From a virus (Duplodnaviria > Caudoviricetes): a stretch of 60,427 nucleotides of DNA. Numbering within the stretch: the first letter of the stretch is position 1; each line of letters begins with the position of its first letter. The stretch lies in IMG/VR virus record IMGVR_UViG_3300031403_000011, positions 1-60,427 of that record. One strand, written 5' to 3'. Shown here piece by piece: positions 37,211 to 49,489 of this stretch. The notes beneath the pieces are model-generated. The model was not told where the DNA came from. It searched no databases and worked only from the letters and a program-made list of their open reading frames with translations. A program made the translations under genes and the position numbers.

Positions 37211-38177
37211 TTATATATATATGTTATATATATATAAATGGGTTTTTTATTATTAATGTATATTAATAATAAAGAGAATAATGTAATAAGATTAATTATT
37301 TGGTGGAGGTAGGGGAGGTGGAGGATCATTATAATAGGAGTTATTATAATGATAGGTATTGACATATGTATAGTAATTTAATAGATATTAAAGGTTGTTA
37401 TAATAAGGTTATGTCAAGTATGGCTACAGTAAAGTAATTTATTTTCTGTAGACCGGTGGATGTTTGATGTTTACAATATAGCTAATATATTTTATAGTAT
37501 AATAGTATTAGTAATTGTATGTGGTATAGTATATCTATATATAATAAGGATGGGGAGAGATTAATGGTAATCTCGGAGTACAGCTATCTCACATACCTAT
37601 TTACATAGGGTATAGTTTTATGGATTGTTATTGGGTTTATAGACCATTGATAAAAATACATAATAGATTTATATTAGTATTTATATTGGATGGTCTAATA
37701 ATAAGATGGATGGTTCTTATTATTCTATGGTGTAGTAGTGTATAGTTCTTAGTGTTATATATAGTATTGGTAGTAGTATATATTCTAGCGAGTATCAGTA
37801 CGGCCAGAATATTGTGATTTAAAAAGAGATGAACTTCATTGGAGAAGTCATCTCTTTTATTGGATTGTTATTGTTGTTTGAGGAGGTGTTACATATATAG
37901 ATATTATATCTATATAGTGTAGGTATGCAAATCTAATAAATAGATTATGCATTGAGTTTCGTCATGTGATTGTGATCTTCTTTTTTGCATTGGTTTTTTT
38001 GTTTGGGTATATCTAGTCTCTATCAAGATTGCTTGGATGCTATTAAGTATATCGCTTACTTTCTTAGTAAGAGATCTTTTATTCTTTGTTGTGTTTAAGA
38101 TAAGAGTTATCTTATTTATTTGATTTGCATATGTGAATGTAATTCACTTTTATTTGGTGGTGGTGGGGAGGTGGTGG
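36904..38177 (+). repeat. Three copies of a G-rich motif, TTATTTGGTGGTGGTGGGGAGGTGGTGG
   Basis: Identical copies at 36904-36931 and 38150-38177; variant at 37296-37324. Confidence 0.9.
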
Positions 38178-38279
38178 ATTATTTTTTTAGGTCTGCCATT
38201 GGCAGCTCATATTGAAATATATATCTGAGTAGTAATTATTAGAATGTACTACGAAGATATGTATGAGATATGAGAGAGG

Positions 38280-38310
38280 AAAAAAAAGATACAGGATTAT
38301 TTCCTGTATC
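38280..38310 (-). terminator. Intrinsic terminator ending the early region
   Basis: GATACAGGA-AATAA-TCCTGTATC followed by T8. Confidence 0.75.
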
Positions 38311-38649
38311 ATAGTTTTTGAGCACGAGCTTGTTCTCTGTCGTTCTTAACAGTTATCTCGTCTTTAGTTATTGGGTTGTATAAGTGTATCATAATGTTGT
38401 AATTAATAATATATTATTTAGGAAATACTCAGTATAGAATATTAATAAGTATAAGTGTCCAGAGAATTATATGCATCTGGATATGTTTCTTGCCAAGTTA
38501 TCTCGCAAGCTTCTATAACTCTAGGATTCGTGTTATGTGGAGTCCAGAATAAGTTCTGGCATAGTATTACTAGTGTAATCATTTGTGTTTTTGTTTTAGG
38601 ATATAATCTAACTAAAGCCCAAGAAATTATTCTTGAGCTATGGGTTAGG

Positions 38650-39018
38650 CTAAACCTCACAGAAGTCTTCTACAGTATATGTAGATTTAGAACTTCTTTT
38701 AGAAAGCATTGCTTGTATCTGGAGTAAATCAGAATCAAGTGCAGCTTTATCTAGAACTACGAAGTTCTCTTTTTGAGTATCACGATTGTATTTAACAATC
38801 TGAGCATCTTTCTTTTCAAAGAGTTTGAAAGATATAGCATTGTTTTTAATAAGACCTTTAAGTGAAATAGATTTCATACTTCAAGATTGTTTTACTTCTC
38901 AAGTTTCTTGGTCAGTAATTTCTTTAGATGGAAATTCTCTTTCAGAGTAGATATCTTTTGGAGTAAGATTAAAGAGATTCATAATATGTGCTTCTTGTTT
39001 TGCGATTGCATTTTTCAT
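38650..39018 (-). CDS. Hypothetical protein (122 aa)
   Basis: Code 25 extension of ORF 38650-38877. Confidence 0.65.
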
Positions 39019-39111
39019 AATGGAAAAATTAGGAATATAAGTTTGGATGAAATGCATCCAAAGAATTATTGTGTTGTAGCTGTAAGCTACGGTCTAACTA
39101 TTTAGTCTAGC

Positions 39112-39123
39112 ATTTTGTAGACT
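39112..39123 (-). promoter_or_regulatory. Repeated motif AGTCTACAAAAT (copy 1)
   Basis: Exact 12-mer, intergenic; also at 40423, 45040 and 54137. Confidence 0.7.
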
Positions 39124-39125
39124 CA

Positions 39126-39569
39126 TTACCATGATCTATGATCTTCGTGAATAGTTTCTATTCAATCATAATCATTTATATGCCATTTAACATCATCTGG
39201 AATTTCTACTATTTTAATATTTGAAATATGATTAGATACATCTGATCATAGTTCTTCTATTACTTGTATAAGTTCTGGAAGAGATCTATTATCATAGTCT
39301 GTATAATTGGGTAGAGTTATAGCATCATAATCTTTATCTGATATAGTATCTATATCATCTGGAAGAGTTGATACTGTATAACATTCTAACATAGTAGAAG
39401 TTTTGTTGTTGAGATCTTGGTAATCCATAAGAGTATATGTCACATTAAGATCATCATCATATTCTCTATGAAAGAAGTATGCTGTCTTTCATAGAATCTC
39501 TGCGATTCTTTTCTGAGCCATTATAGATAATTGAAATCATCCATAACATTTGTTGATAGCTATTTTCAT
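39126..39569 (-). CDS. Conserved phage hypothetical protein (147 aa)
   Basis: MKIAINKCYGG*F...VEIPDDVKW...YDG*IE...RSW; a recurrent phage family in which the TGA positions are Gly. Confidence 0.8.
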
Positions 39570-39585
39570 AATATATAATTAAATG

Positions 39586-40278
39586 TTATTGTATTTCTTG
39601 GAGCTTTTCTAATTCACTTGGAGAGAATAATGATTTTAATTCTCTCACTTCTTTCATGACATTGTTATATATATCAAGAGCTTTAATAGAATCTCTGTCA
39701 TATCACATAGAGTCACAGAAGTCTGCAAATGATTCATCACATATATAGAAACATGAGATTACACTACAGTTAGTAGGAGGAATTTTTTTAGGATTCTCTT
39801 TTCTAGGATATTTATAATTTCACATATAAGATGATACATACTTTCTTCTACTAATTGATAGATTATTAAAAGCAGCTTTATCTTTTATCTGAGAGTTATT
39901 AATACTATCTCAGAATTTATAAGTATATGATTGTTGTCATCTGGTTAATGTAATCTCCCAGATATTCCTCTCATCAGTATCTTCTGGAAAGTGTAGACCA
40001 TACATAAGAAATTTCTTAGTGATGGTAGTGTTAGTAGCATCAAGAAAGTCTTGAGCTTCTTGTTCGTAGTCTGTCATAATAGTTTTATAAATAGGATGTT
40101 CTTCAAGAAGCCAATCAAGACATTCTTGTTTTGATTGGAATTCTTCGGTCCAAGAATCTGCAGTAGAATTATCTACTCAGATCCATGATCAATCTATATA
40201 AGCATAGAATAATCCTAAAGGACTAAATGTATCTATTACTTTTTTAAGATGATATTCTGTTAGTATTTGTACTTTCAT
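39586..40278 (-). CDS. Hypothetical protein (230 aa; two phage domains in one frame, possible internal ATG at 40077)
   Basis: G*VDNSTADSWTEEF domain plus FADFCDSMG*YDRDSIKA domain. Confidence 0.65.
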
Positions 40279-40422
40279 ATTAGATATGATTATTAAAATA
40301 AGATACTCAGTCTTTTAATAGACCATACTCATTGTATATTTCTATGTCATTCATAATAGAATATTTAATAAATAAAATAAAGGACAAGTAATTATACTTG
40401 CCCTCTATGTATCTACTCAATA

Positions 40423-40434
40423 ATTTTGTAGACT
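40423..40434 (-). promoter_or_regulatory. Repeated motif AGTCTACAAAAT (copy 2)
   Basis: Intergenic, after the Rad50-like gene. Confidence 0.7.
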
Positions 40435-40449
40435 TAGAATGATTAAAGA

Positions 40450-41865
40450 TTATTTTACTTTGAAGTATGGTGGTCGCATTGCAATGATTTGGATATTAGA
40501 ATCTAATTCACTACAAGCTTTAACAATCATATCAAATGATTCTTGTCCTAGTGTACCTGCTTCATCAATGAGCATGAAGTCTAGTCATAACTTCTTAATG
40601 AATACAAGAGCCATCTTTACTTGTAAGATAATCTTATTTCATTGAGAGAGTTCTGAGTATGGTTTACCATCTAAAGATACATTGAATGTTTCTTTAACTG
40701 TACCATTCTTTTGAGTCTTGAATAATTCAATCTCTAATCAGAGTGATGAGATTTTCTTTTCAAGAGTTTTAGTGAATTCTTTCTGAGCTCTATCTATACA
40801 ATCTAGTACAGCTTGATTATCTAGTTCTCATAGTTCACGAAGATCTTTCTTCTTAAGTTCAAGTTCTTCATTGGTAAACTTCTGAGATTGCAATTGATTA
40901 TTATAATCATGTTGCTCAGTATATCTAGCTTCTGCAGGTTTCTTAGGAATCTCCATTGCTAGATGTTTAGCTTTCTCTTCTAAGGTATTAAGAATAGGAA
41001 GAGCATCAAGAGTTTTAAACTTACTAAGTTTATCTGCGATCTCTTTTCACTCTGTAATATTCTGATCTATCTTAGAGTTAATAGCTGTAGTATCTACATC
41101 TATAGATTGATTACATGTAGGACATGTTCCATTAAGTTGAGATTGTAATACAGAATACTCTTTGAGTAATGCAGCTTTATTAGATTCTAATAAAGATTTA
41201 TCTGAGTTAGATTTTCTTACATTCTCTTGATGGCCAGATACAAGTTCGGACCATTGTCTTACTACTTCTTGTTCAAAGATATTATAGTTATCAATGTCTT
41301 TAAACTCTTTCTTTTTGAATGAGTTAATATTTCATTGAAGCCTAGTAATATCTGAGAGAAGCTGATCTTCTTTTCATTTAGATTCAGCAATAGATTGCTT
41401 TGTTTCTTTAGCAAGAGTGTCAGAGTATTTGATAGTAGTAATGATACTACCATCTTCTTGTTTTTCTCATACACCTTTTGCTGATAAGAATCAATCAAAA
41501 GCTGAGGATAAGAATCAGAGTCTATCTATCTCTAAGAGATCTACAATAGTCTTCCTTTGTTCTGGAGTAGAGAGATCCATAAATGCTCAAGGCATTATAT
41601 GTTTTGCTATAGCATTCACTTTGTCTATTCCAATCCACATAGACTTAGACATCATAAGAGTCTTGTCGTCTAGGATTATCTCAGCACTTCCAGATGGAAG
41701 AGTTCTAGATCATATGAATGTTCCAGAGTATGCAGAGAGAATAGTTCTAAGGATTATAGTCTTACCATATCCATTAGGTTTTTCTAATACATTGACTCAA
41801 GGTCAGAATGTTTCTGATACTTTGACTCAGTATTCTGGGTAATCTATCTTTATAGATTTGATCAT
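40450..41865 (-). CDS. SbcC/Rad50 (T4 gp46-like) SMC-family ATPase (471 aa)
   Basis: Walker A PNGYGKT, zinc hook CPTC, signature LSQG*NK, Walker B MLIDEAGTLG. Confidence 0.88.
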
Positions 41866-41878
41866 AAGGATTATATGA

Positions 41879-42394
41879 TTAGGAATTATTATCTTCAAAA
41901 CATTTAGGACATCTTCATTGAACTTCTACATCGTCTTCGGAGAATGTTTTTAAACATTTAGTACACTTATAAGTTTGGTGTGTAACTGTCTTATGAACTT
42001 CAAGAGTCATAGATGAATTGACTATAGTATTATAATCTTTGAGAGCCTGCTTAACAGTTCTATTCATTGAAGTAGAATCTACATTGAGTAGCTTATCAGA
42101 ATTATATTCAGGATATACTATAGATATTTCTGCTTTCTCTTGTTGTTCATTTCAATTATGATAGTATGCTATCCATTTATCTAAGTCTTCTTCTCAATGT
42201 CAGTAGATAGTAAATACTTCTTCTGGATGTAGTAGAGAGAATGCACACATATCAGTAGATCTTTCATACCATTTACATACATTTTCAAAAGGATTGAAGT
42301 ATCAAGAGATTATTTCTATCTCTTTAAGATACTGATCTTTTTTACATTCTTGTTCTGGAGTCAAATCTATTTCATGCTTAGTATAATATCACAT
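41879..42394 (-). CDS. Phage hypothetical protein with a C-terminal Zn ribbon (171 aa)
   Basis: MG*YYT...KWY...G*HG*EE; CTKC...CPKC. Confidence 0.7.
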
Positions 42395-42399
42395 AAGGA

Positions 42400-42723
42400 T
42401 TATATCTTAAGGAATAAATCAGATGATACTATATATCATAGTACCATTTTATCTTCTAGTATTACATCAAGTTTTAAAACTCAATGTCATTCTTTTGCAT
42501 TGTACATTATAGGAGTAGATCCATCATTATTAATATTGCAGTTCAATATAAAAGATGTACCTCACTTAGTAAGATGTAATTCCAAAACTTTGTTTACATA
42601 TTTATGTATAACATTATATAGGTTTGTTGGAATACTTACGAAGATAGATACATTATTGTCTGCAATGTTTTTAGTAGAGATGTTCTTTCCTACAATCAAT
42701 TGAATTTCATATACATCATTCAT
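42400..42723 (-). CDS. Hypothetical protein (107 aa)
   Basis: Code 25 ORF. Confidence 0.5.
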
Positions 42724-43328
42724 AGTATAGGTTGTTATAATATACTGATATATAATAATCGGAGTATGTTTAAAAGCAAATAGTTATTAGAGTTTCATAA
42801 CTATTTATTTATTTGAATAAGCTTTCAGTTCTTAAATATATTTACAGGTACAGACACTCTTCATTTTGAAGGTGTCTTATTTTGTATTGGAACTTTCATT
42901 GTTTCATACTTAAGCAATAGATTAGTCCATTTAGTAATGAGTTTGTTTATTGCTTCAGTAGTAGCAGGAGTTTTTTTTATATTAAAAATATCTTTCATAA
43001 TTATTTGTTATGAATTATTTTTCAGTTTACATTTACAGGAAGAGTTTGTCTTCCTTTGAATGGATCTTTATGTTTTATAAATATTAATTGTTTCATCATT
43101 ATATATTAGAAGATAAAAAATTATTTGTTTCTGCTTTGATTTCTTTTAAGCTAAACTTCATTGATGATAGAGTAGTCATAACATCCATAATCTTTTGATT
43201 ATGATTAAGCATTTGAGTTAGGTTTACTTCTCAATCATTCTGATAGATAGAAGCTATAGCTTGTATCTCATGCTTCAATGCTATGACTGTATCAAAAGAA
43301 TCTTTGTCTGCTTCTAGCTGTAACATAA

Positions 43329-44507
43329 TTATTTTATTATAAGATAATCTCAAGGATTCATTCAGTTATTAGAGACTCAGTTGAAGTGAGCAATATCTCA
43401 CTTGTTACAATATTGTCCTTTGTCTCTATAACAATTAGTTCTAAACCTAGATGCTTTCTCATCATGTACTTGTACTTCATATTCAGTTCAAGTATCTACA
43501 TGTCTGAGAGTAACTGTATCTTTTAATTTGATACCATATAGGTTTCTGATATCTACAGTTATAGCTACTGATTGTATTCCTGTTTGAGCAAGCTTACATA
43601 AGTCTACACCAGAAGCTCAGATACATGGAGTAGAATCATTTTGATTTACATCTCATAGATCATAGTGAGTAAAGTAAATAGGAGCATCTATACCATCATT
43701 ATCATATGTATGATTACGAGCATTTATAAGAGCTCTACTTCTTCCGGTATAAGATATGTTTCTCCAGTCTTCTCAAGTCTTAAGCCAGAGTTCTTGATGG
43801 AGATGATATCCAGTTGTATATCAAGAAAGATCCATCTGTCAGATTCTTTGGCCAGTATAAACTATATCTCCTGTTTGGAGTTTCGTTTCTACATGTGCAA
43901 GAATCCAATGGTATTCTAGCCCAGAATCAATCCAAGATAACTTAAGGTAGTTTCATAAGGGTCACTCTATTTGAGTACCATTAGCATCTATTCTCGTATC
44001 ATGTAGAACTTCTACAGTATACATCTTAACTTGATTCAAATAATCTGGAGCATATATCTCAGCTCTGAATCAAGTAGCTATATCAGTAGCAAGTATTCCA
44101 CCTGCTCATGGATGATAGTGGTTCTCTTCTTTTTGAGATACATATGGATTATCAGATTTCTTTAATCCATAGAATAGATCTTCTGGTTGTAAGAGTACAG
44201 GTATATTAGAACAATCAATAGGTTGCGTAAGAGTTCATTCATATAAAGAATTTATATCTCTACATGATTTCATTCTCTTAACATTGTTCTCACGAACTTT
44301 GATTTCTGTCTGGAGTTTTTCTATCATAATAGAATCTATAGAATTTTGATTCTCATCTGATACAATAACTGTATCAAGTTCTTCTACGAATTCTTGTCTG
44401 TCTTGAGTAGCATTATCTAATATTCTTTGATCATCATTTATATATATAAATATAATAGTAATGATTGAAAGTAATATTGCAGCTACTAGTAAATATTTAT
44501 TACGCAT
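43329..44507 (-). CDS. Membrane-anchored M23 peptidase with a C-terminal 3D/DPBB-like domain (392 aa)
   Basis: N-terminal TM helix plus coiled coil; LG*NY...LAHV...G*YTTGYHLH; THYDLG*DVNQNDSTPCIG*ASG...VAIT...VHD...DI. Confidence 0.8.
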
Positions 44508-44784
44508 CTGTTTTTGTTTTAGGATTTAAAATATCATAGAGAAATCATTTCTCTATTCAGTAAGTCATATTGTCATTGTGCTCATGAAGATCTTCCTCAG
44601 ACTCTAGAAGTCATTGTGTATTATCTTCATACATTAAATAGATTTCTGGGAGAGTATCAAATTTGAAAATCTTCATATATGATACTATATCTTCATACAA
44701 GATTATCTGATATATAAATCAGTCTTCTAATATTAAGTAAGTAGGTTGTCAGTCTTTCTCAATATATAATGCAGCTTCCATCAT
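44500..44784 (-). CDS. Acidic hypothetical protein (94 aa)
   Basis: Code 25 ORF. Confidence 0.5.
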
Positions 44785-45039
44785 AAGATAATAATAAAGA
44801 AATAAATTAATCTTCTAATACTTTGTTACACATCTGTGTAAGTTCAGCATGTCTTTCATTTAATAGATCTGATTCTAGTTCAGTAGAAGCACTATCTGAA
44901 TGCTCTTTTAATTTAGGAAGATAATCAGTCTTCACTATATGAGCTAAGCTTTGTTGTTCGTATAAAGATAATTCCATAATAAGTTTTATTGTAAATAAAT
45001 TAAGCAGAAGATTATATATCTCCTGCTATTTGTTCAAAC

Positions 45040-45051
45040 ATTTTGTAGACT
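45040..45051 (-). promoter_or_regulatory. Repeated motif AGTCTACAAAAT (copy 3)
   Basis: Intergenic, followed by the hairpin AGCAGGAGAT-ATATA-ATCTTCTGCT. Confidence 0.7.
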
Positions 45052-45122
45052 CTTTCCAATTTATTAATAAAGATTTATTTAACTTAATTAATTTGGATTG
45101 AGTCTTTCGGATTATTTTATTT

Positions 45123-45590
45123 TTATTTTTGATAAGAATGTTTTCATATATGTAATCAGCATTCTTTACAAACTGTAATTTCATGATCTTTATAAAATGG
45201 AGATCCTAAATCATTTGAATCAGTTCAATGATCACAGTTAGGCCAGTATGATAATCATACTATTTGTTCGTAATCACAATGTACCCATCTTCAAATATTT
45301 GGAACATTAGGATCTGATACATATATAAGATATTGTCATGAATTATTTCAACATCCTATTCTAGATATCTCTACGACTATAGCTCTAAATTTTTTATCAA
45401 TAAGATTACTATCCATTGAGAAAGATCAATCTTCAATTGATTCATATAAGAATGATCATGACTCATGTTCATTATCAAGATTGAAGTTTGTTCATTTTCT
45501 ATAATCAACTATAACAGCTTCTCATAGATATTTTTTAAAAGTATTTATATTTACAAATCCTTTTCAAGGTACGAATTCATTTACTAGCAT
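45123..45590 (-). CDS. Hypothetical protein (155 aa)
   Basis: Code 25 ORF with Cys/His pairs at the C-terminus. Confidence 0.55.
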
Positions 45591-45600
45591 AAGATTATTT

Positions 45601-45927
45601 TTAAGAAATACATTGCTTAAATTTATAAGAGTCTTCTACATATCAAGATGGTAATTCTTTATTGGCTACCATCTCTATAGCTTGTGATTCTGTTTCAGCA
45701 AATACTACATGCTCTATATCTATAGTAGATACAACGCAGTAAGTATTAAGCTTGAGGTCTATGACTTCATCTTCTTGAAGATGTCACATACCTATTCAAG
45801 AATTATGATCTCTATTATGAATACATACAGGAAGTTTTACCAAATCTTTTCAGAATGGTAGAGTAAACATTCTATATTCTACAATAGATATTTCTCACTC
45901 TTCATGACATTGTTTGCAGCAATTCAT
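45601..45927 (-). CDS. Hypothetical protein (108 aa)
   Basis: Code 25 ORF MNCCKQC... Confidence 0.5.
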
Positions 45928-45951
45928 AAGTATTATATTATTCAAATAAGT

Positions 45952-46515
45952 CTACCAAGATGATGAGTAATAATATTCTCATGTACAGTCTTTGAATCAT
46001 TCAGATTCAATTTCTTTATCTAGCCATTGATATGTTTCTAGAATTGATTCAAAATAATATTCATCATAATCAGTAGATCAGAAGAATGGCCCATCTTCAC
46101 AAGGAAGATATTTCTTAACTTCTTCTGGATTAGAAATTACTTTTCAATCAGAAGTAAGTTCTGTACGAACTCAATTCTGAAATAGAGTTCCATTAGAAAC
46201 TTTACCATCTTTAAGAATAGCTTTATCTAATACAGTCTTACATAAGTTATGAAGTCTTTGTAATTGCTCATGAGATACATAGTATTCTCAGCAATCATCT
46301 TCTGAGTCTTGAACATTATCTACGAACCATTTATGAATAGCATTAGCTTTTCTCCAGTACATAGATTCTGTTTCAATGTAACATACTTTATCTAGAGGAA
46401 TATCAGTTCGTGGTTTTCAATCACGAGAAATATTAATAATGTTATGCTTATTGAGATCATCATGTTCCCAATTTTTAACATAGAACTTTTGTCTCATATA
46501 CATATCTAATCACAT
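45952..46515 (-). CDS. Conserved phage hypothetical protein (187 aa)
   Basis: MG*LDMY...YWRKANAIHKWF...FFG*STDYDEYY...YYSSSW family. Confidence 0.8.
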
Positions 46516-46526
46516 AGGTGTAATAT

Positions 46527-47657
46527 TTAAAAAGGTAAATTTAAAAGCTTTATAGGATTGCCCCATACTTCTTGTGTCATTCAGTATACTTCATCTATAC
46601 CATATCATCTGTCAGAGTGATCTATATATAATTCATAATAGTCATGTACAGAATCAAGTGGTTGTTTAAGTATTACTGAAAAGTCTCTAAGTAGAGTACA
46701 TTCCATCATAGATCAAGATCAAGTAGAGTCATCAAATAATCCACAGGTATTACCTGCAGGAATAGTGATAGCTATTTGTTCTTCGTGTTCTAACTCTCTA
46801 AGATCTACACAATCTAGTGTAGCCATAAAGGTCAGATGATTACATGTACCTACAGATTCATTGAGCTCTGATATGAAGTCTTCGTACTTTACGAATTCCA
46901 TTCAGTCTCTTTGTTTCTTTATTGGCCAATTTAATTTAGGACCAGTATCTAATCAGTCAGCTTGCATAAGCTTCTGGAGTTTACGAGGATTGAGATTAAG
47001 AGCATCTACTATTTGTTTGAATATATCTTCATACTGATATCCAGTTTGAGAATACATATGAGCAGATGGCATGATATCATAATTACTACAGAGTTCTATT
47101 CTAACATTTACTTTCGTATTCTTAAGAATATCTGTAGTAGGATCTGAATCATTTCTATCATAGATAGTATCTCTGATTATATCATAGTTTCTGTCATCAT
47201 CTATCCATTCTTGTTCTTCATTAGTAAGTTTTAGATTTTCTATAGCTTCATTCATAGAATGAAATTCTTGTTCTTCATACCAATTCCAGATCTTTTCTTG
47301 GAGAGATTCTAATGATTGATCATCAAATACTTTCTGGAGATCATTAGGTCTATCAGATAAATCTTCTCTATAATCTACATAGGTAAGATTGTAATCTTTA
47401 TCTAGCTTTGCTATTATTTGATTTTTAATAGTAGCATCTCTAGTGTCTATAGCTTTGATAAGTATATCAATAATTTCTGAGTAAGGTCTATTAGAGAATT
47501 CTTCTCAGATAAAATTGTTTTTTATTTCTGGCATAGATATCCAGACTAGATATTGCAATGCATTTTTTTCATTAAGATCTAAGCATGTATCTATAAGAAG
47601 TTGTGAATGCAAATTGTTTGCTACTAAGCAATTTATAATTCTTTGTTTGTCTGTCAT
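46527..47657 (-). CDS. Hypothetical protein (376 aa)
   Basis: Joins ORF fragments 46719-46901 and 46953-47255 through TGA. Confidence 0.75.
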
Positions 47658-47667
47658 AAAAATATAA

Positions 47668-47952
47668 TTAAGATTTAAAATTTCTATAGGTTAAAGATAT
47701 ATCATTATGATTTATTAGAATTGATTTATCTTTAGAATACAATAATAAATTATGTATTACTTTTTCTAGTATATCATTATCTACATGATCAATGAATGGG
47801 CTAGTAATAACTTTATCCCATCTTCAAGTCACAGCATTATCATATGCTATCCTACGATAACAATGATTCTGTAATTGTAGTTGTGGATATATATATGGTA
47901 GCTCAGTAGTAATCATATATATAACTTGTTTGTATAATCTAGGACAATCCAT
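47668..47952 (-). CDS. Hypothetical protein (94 aa)
   Basis: Code 25 ORF. Confidence 0.5.
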
Positions 47953-47972
47953 AAGATGTAATTAATAAAATA

Positions 47973-48701
47973 TTATCTTTGGTAACCGAACCAGTATTCT
48001 CAATTTATATGAGATTCATATTCATTACCATCATATGGGTTTAATGCTTCTCATCTTTCAGATGGAGAGAATATAACTTCTTGAGATACAGTAATAGTTC
48101 AATCATCTGATTGTCTTATATAAGGACCTCATGAATTTAATTGAGCTATTCCTATATCATCTATTAAATTTTCTACATAATCATAATGCATATCATCAGC
48201 TTCATCATCTGTGACGATGGCCCAATCATTTCATTCTGCTGAGAATTCTTTACGATTAGAATCATATTCTACATCATCTAAAGATTCAATAGAAAGATCT
48301 GTAATATCTATAAGAGCGAGAAGTCTATCTACTTCTACTGAAAGATCATTAGCTTTAGCTATTACAATTCTATCTACAGATAATCCCATATCATTTATAT
48401 TTATAGGATCAGAATATGTATCATCTTCAATTGATTCAATAAATGAAATACAATGTTCTAATGTAATTAGGATTCATTCATCTACTTCTTTGAGATGATT
48501 TGATTCCCATAGTTCTATAAGTTCTTTCTGATACTCATTATCTGGAACTATATAATCTAGACATTGTCATCCATGTCATTTGAATTCAGCAGACATAGTA
48601 AGTTCTGGGTATCAGTTTCTATGTGTGATCTCAATTTTAACAATAGCTTTATCTCAGTTCTCATCGTGGAATGTAAGAGTCTTTTTCATTGCTTCTATCA
48701 T
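47973..48701 (-). CDS. Acidic phage hypothetical protein (242 aa)
   Basis: Code 25 ORF; VTDDEAD...YDGNE. Confidence 0.7.
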
Positions 48702-48726
48702 AATAATATATGATTAGTAAAATAAA

Positions 48727-49137
48727 TTATTTTTGAATTTGTGATTCAACCCATTCAAGTGCTGCGTAATATCATGCAGTAAAATCTGCTTGAGATCAGA
48801 ATCATTCGTTACAAGCTATATCTATAACAAGTTCTCACATAGCTGTATCTTGTTCTTCCTCAGTTTTATATTGCTCACGAATTTCTTTTATATCAGAATC
48901 AGATAATTCATCTGTACATTCTGCTGCATCAGCTATAGTAGAATCCATATTAGATTTAATTTTATGAATAAGAGATTGTTCTAATTTCATAAGCTCTTTG
49001 AGTTCTACAGCTTTTTCATATATATGTCATTCTCTTCCTCATTCATCTTCTTCGGATTCTTGCCAATGAGTATATTCGTTTTCCATTATATATCGGAGTA
49101 TGTCAGAAAGTAGTTCTATTGAGTTTTGATTTAGCAT
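48727..49137 (-). CDS. Acidic hypothetical protein (136 aa)
   Basis: Code 25 ORF. Confidence 0.6.
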
Positions 49138-49146
49138 TATAAATAA

Positions 49147-49449
49147 TTAAATATTAAATTCGTCTTTAAGAATTTCAAGAACTTCTGGAAGAGTTCTTCT
49201 TCTCATAGTGTATAGATTATCCTTTCAGGATATATATACAAATGGTCTATGTTCTATTCCATCAAATGTTTCATCAAAAGATATTGTTATATAACAATCT
49301 TCTAGATCTTCATGTATGAAGTCTATCTCTTGATCCTTTCATTCATCATATGAAGTCTTTAGTATAGATCATATATTGAAGTCTGGATTAGTAACATGTG
49401 GAACTACTGTATACATATTGTATCACAGGTGTAATCATTTCATGGGCAT
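49147..49449 (-). CDS. Hypothetical protein (100 aa)
   Basis: Code 25 ORF. Confidence 0.5.
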
Positions 49450-49489
49450 ATAGTAAATAAATAAAAAGCCCCCAGATGGGAGCATAAAA

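Noticed and set aside
36749-37237. Cys/Val/Phe-rich ORFs 36749-36982, 36864-37070 and 36998-37237
   Set aside because: Artefacts of an A-poor low-complexity tract, which rarely forms stop codons
36690-38300. CRISPR array
   Set aside because: The repeats are irregularly spaced and low-complexity, with no repeat-spacer periodicity and no cas operon; the Cas4-like gene is a generic phage exonuclease
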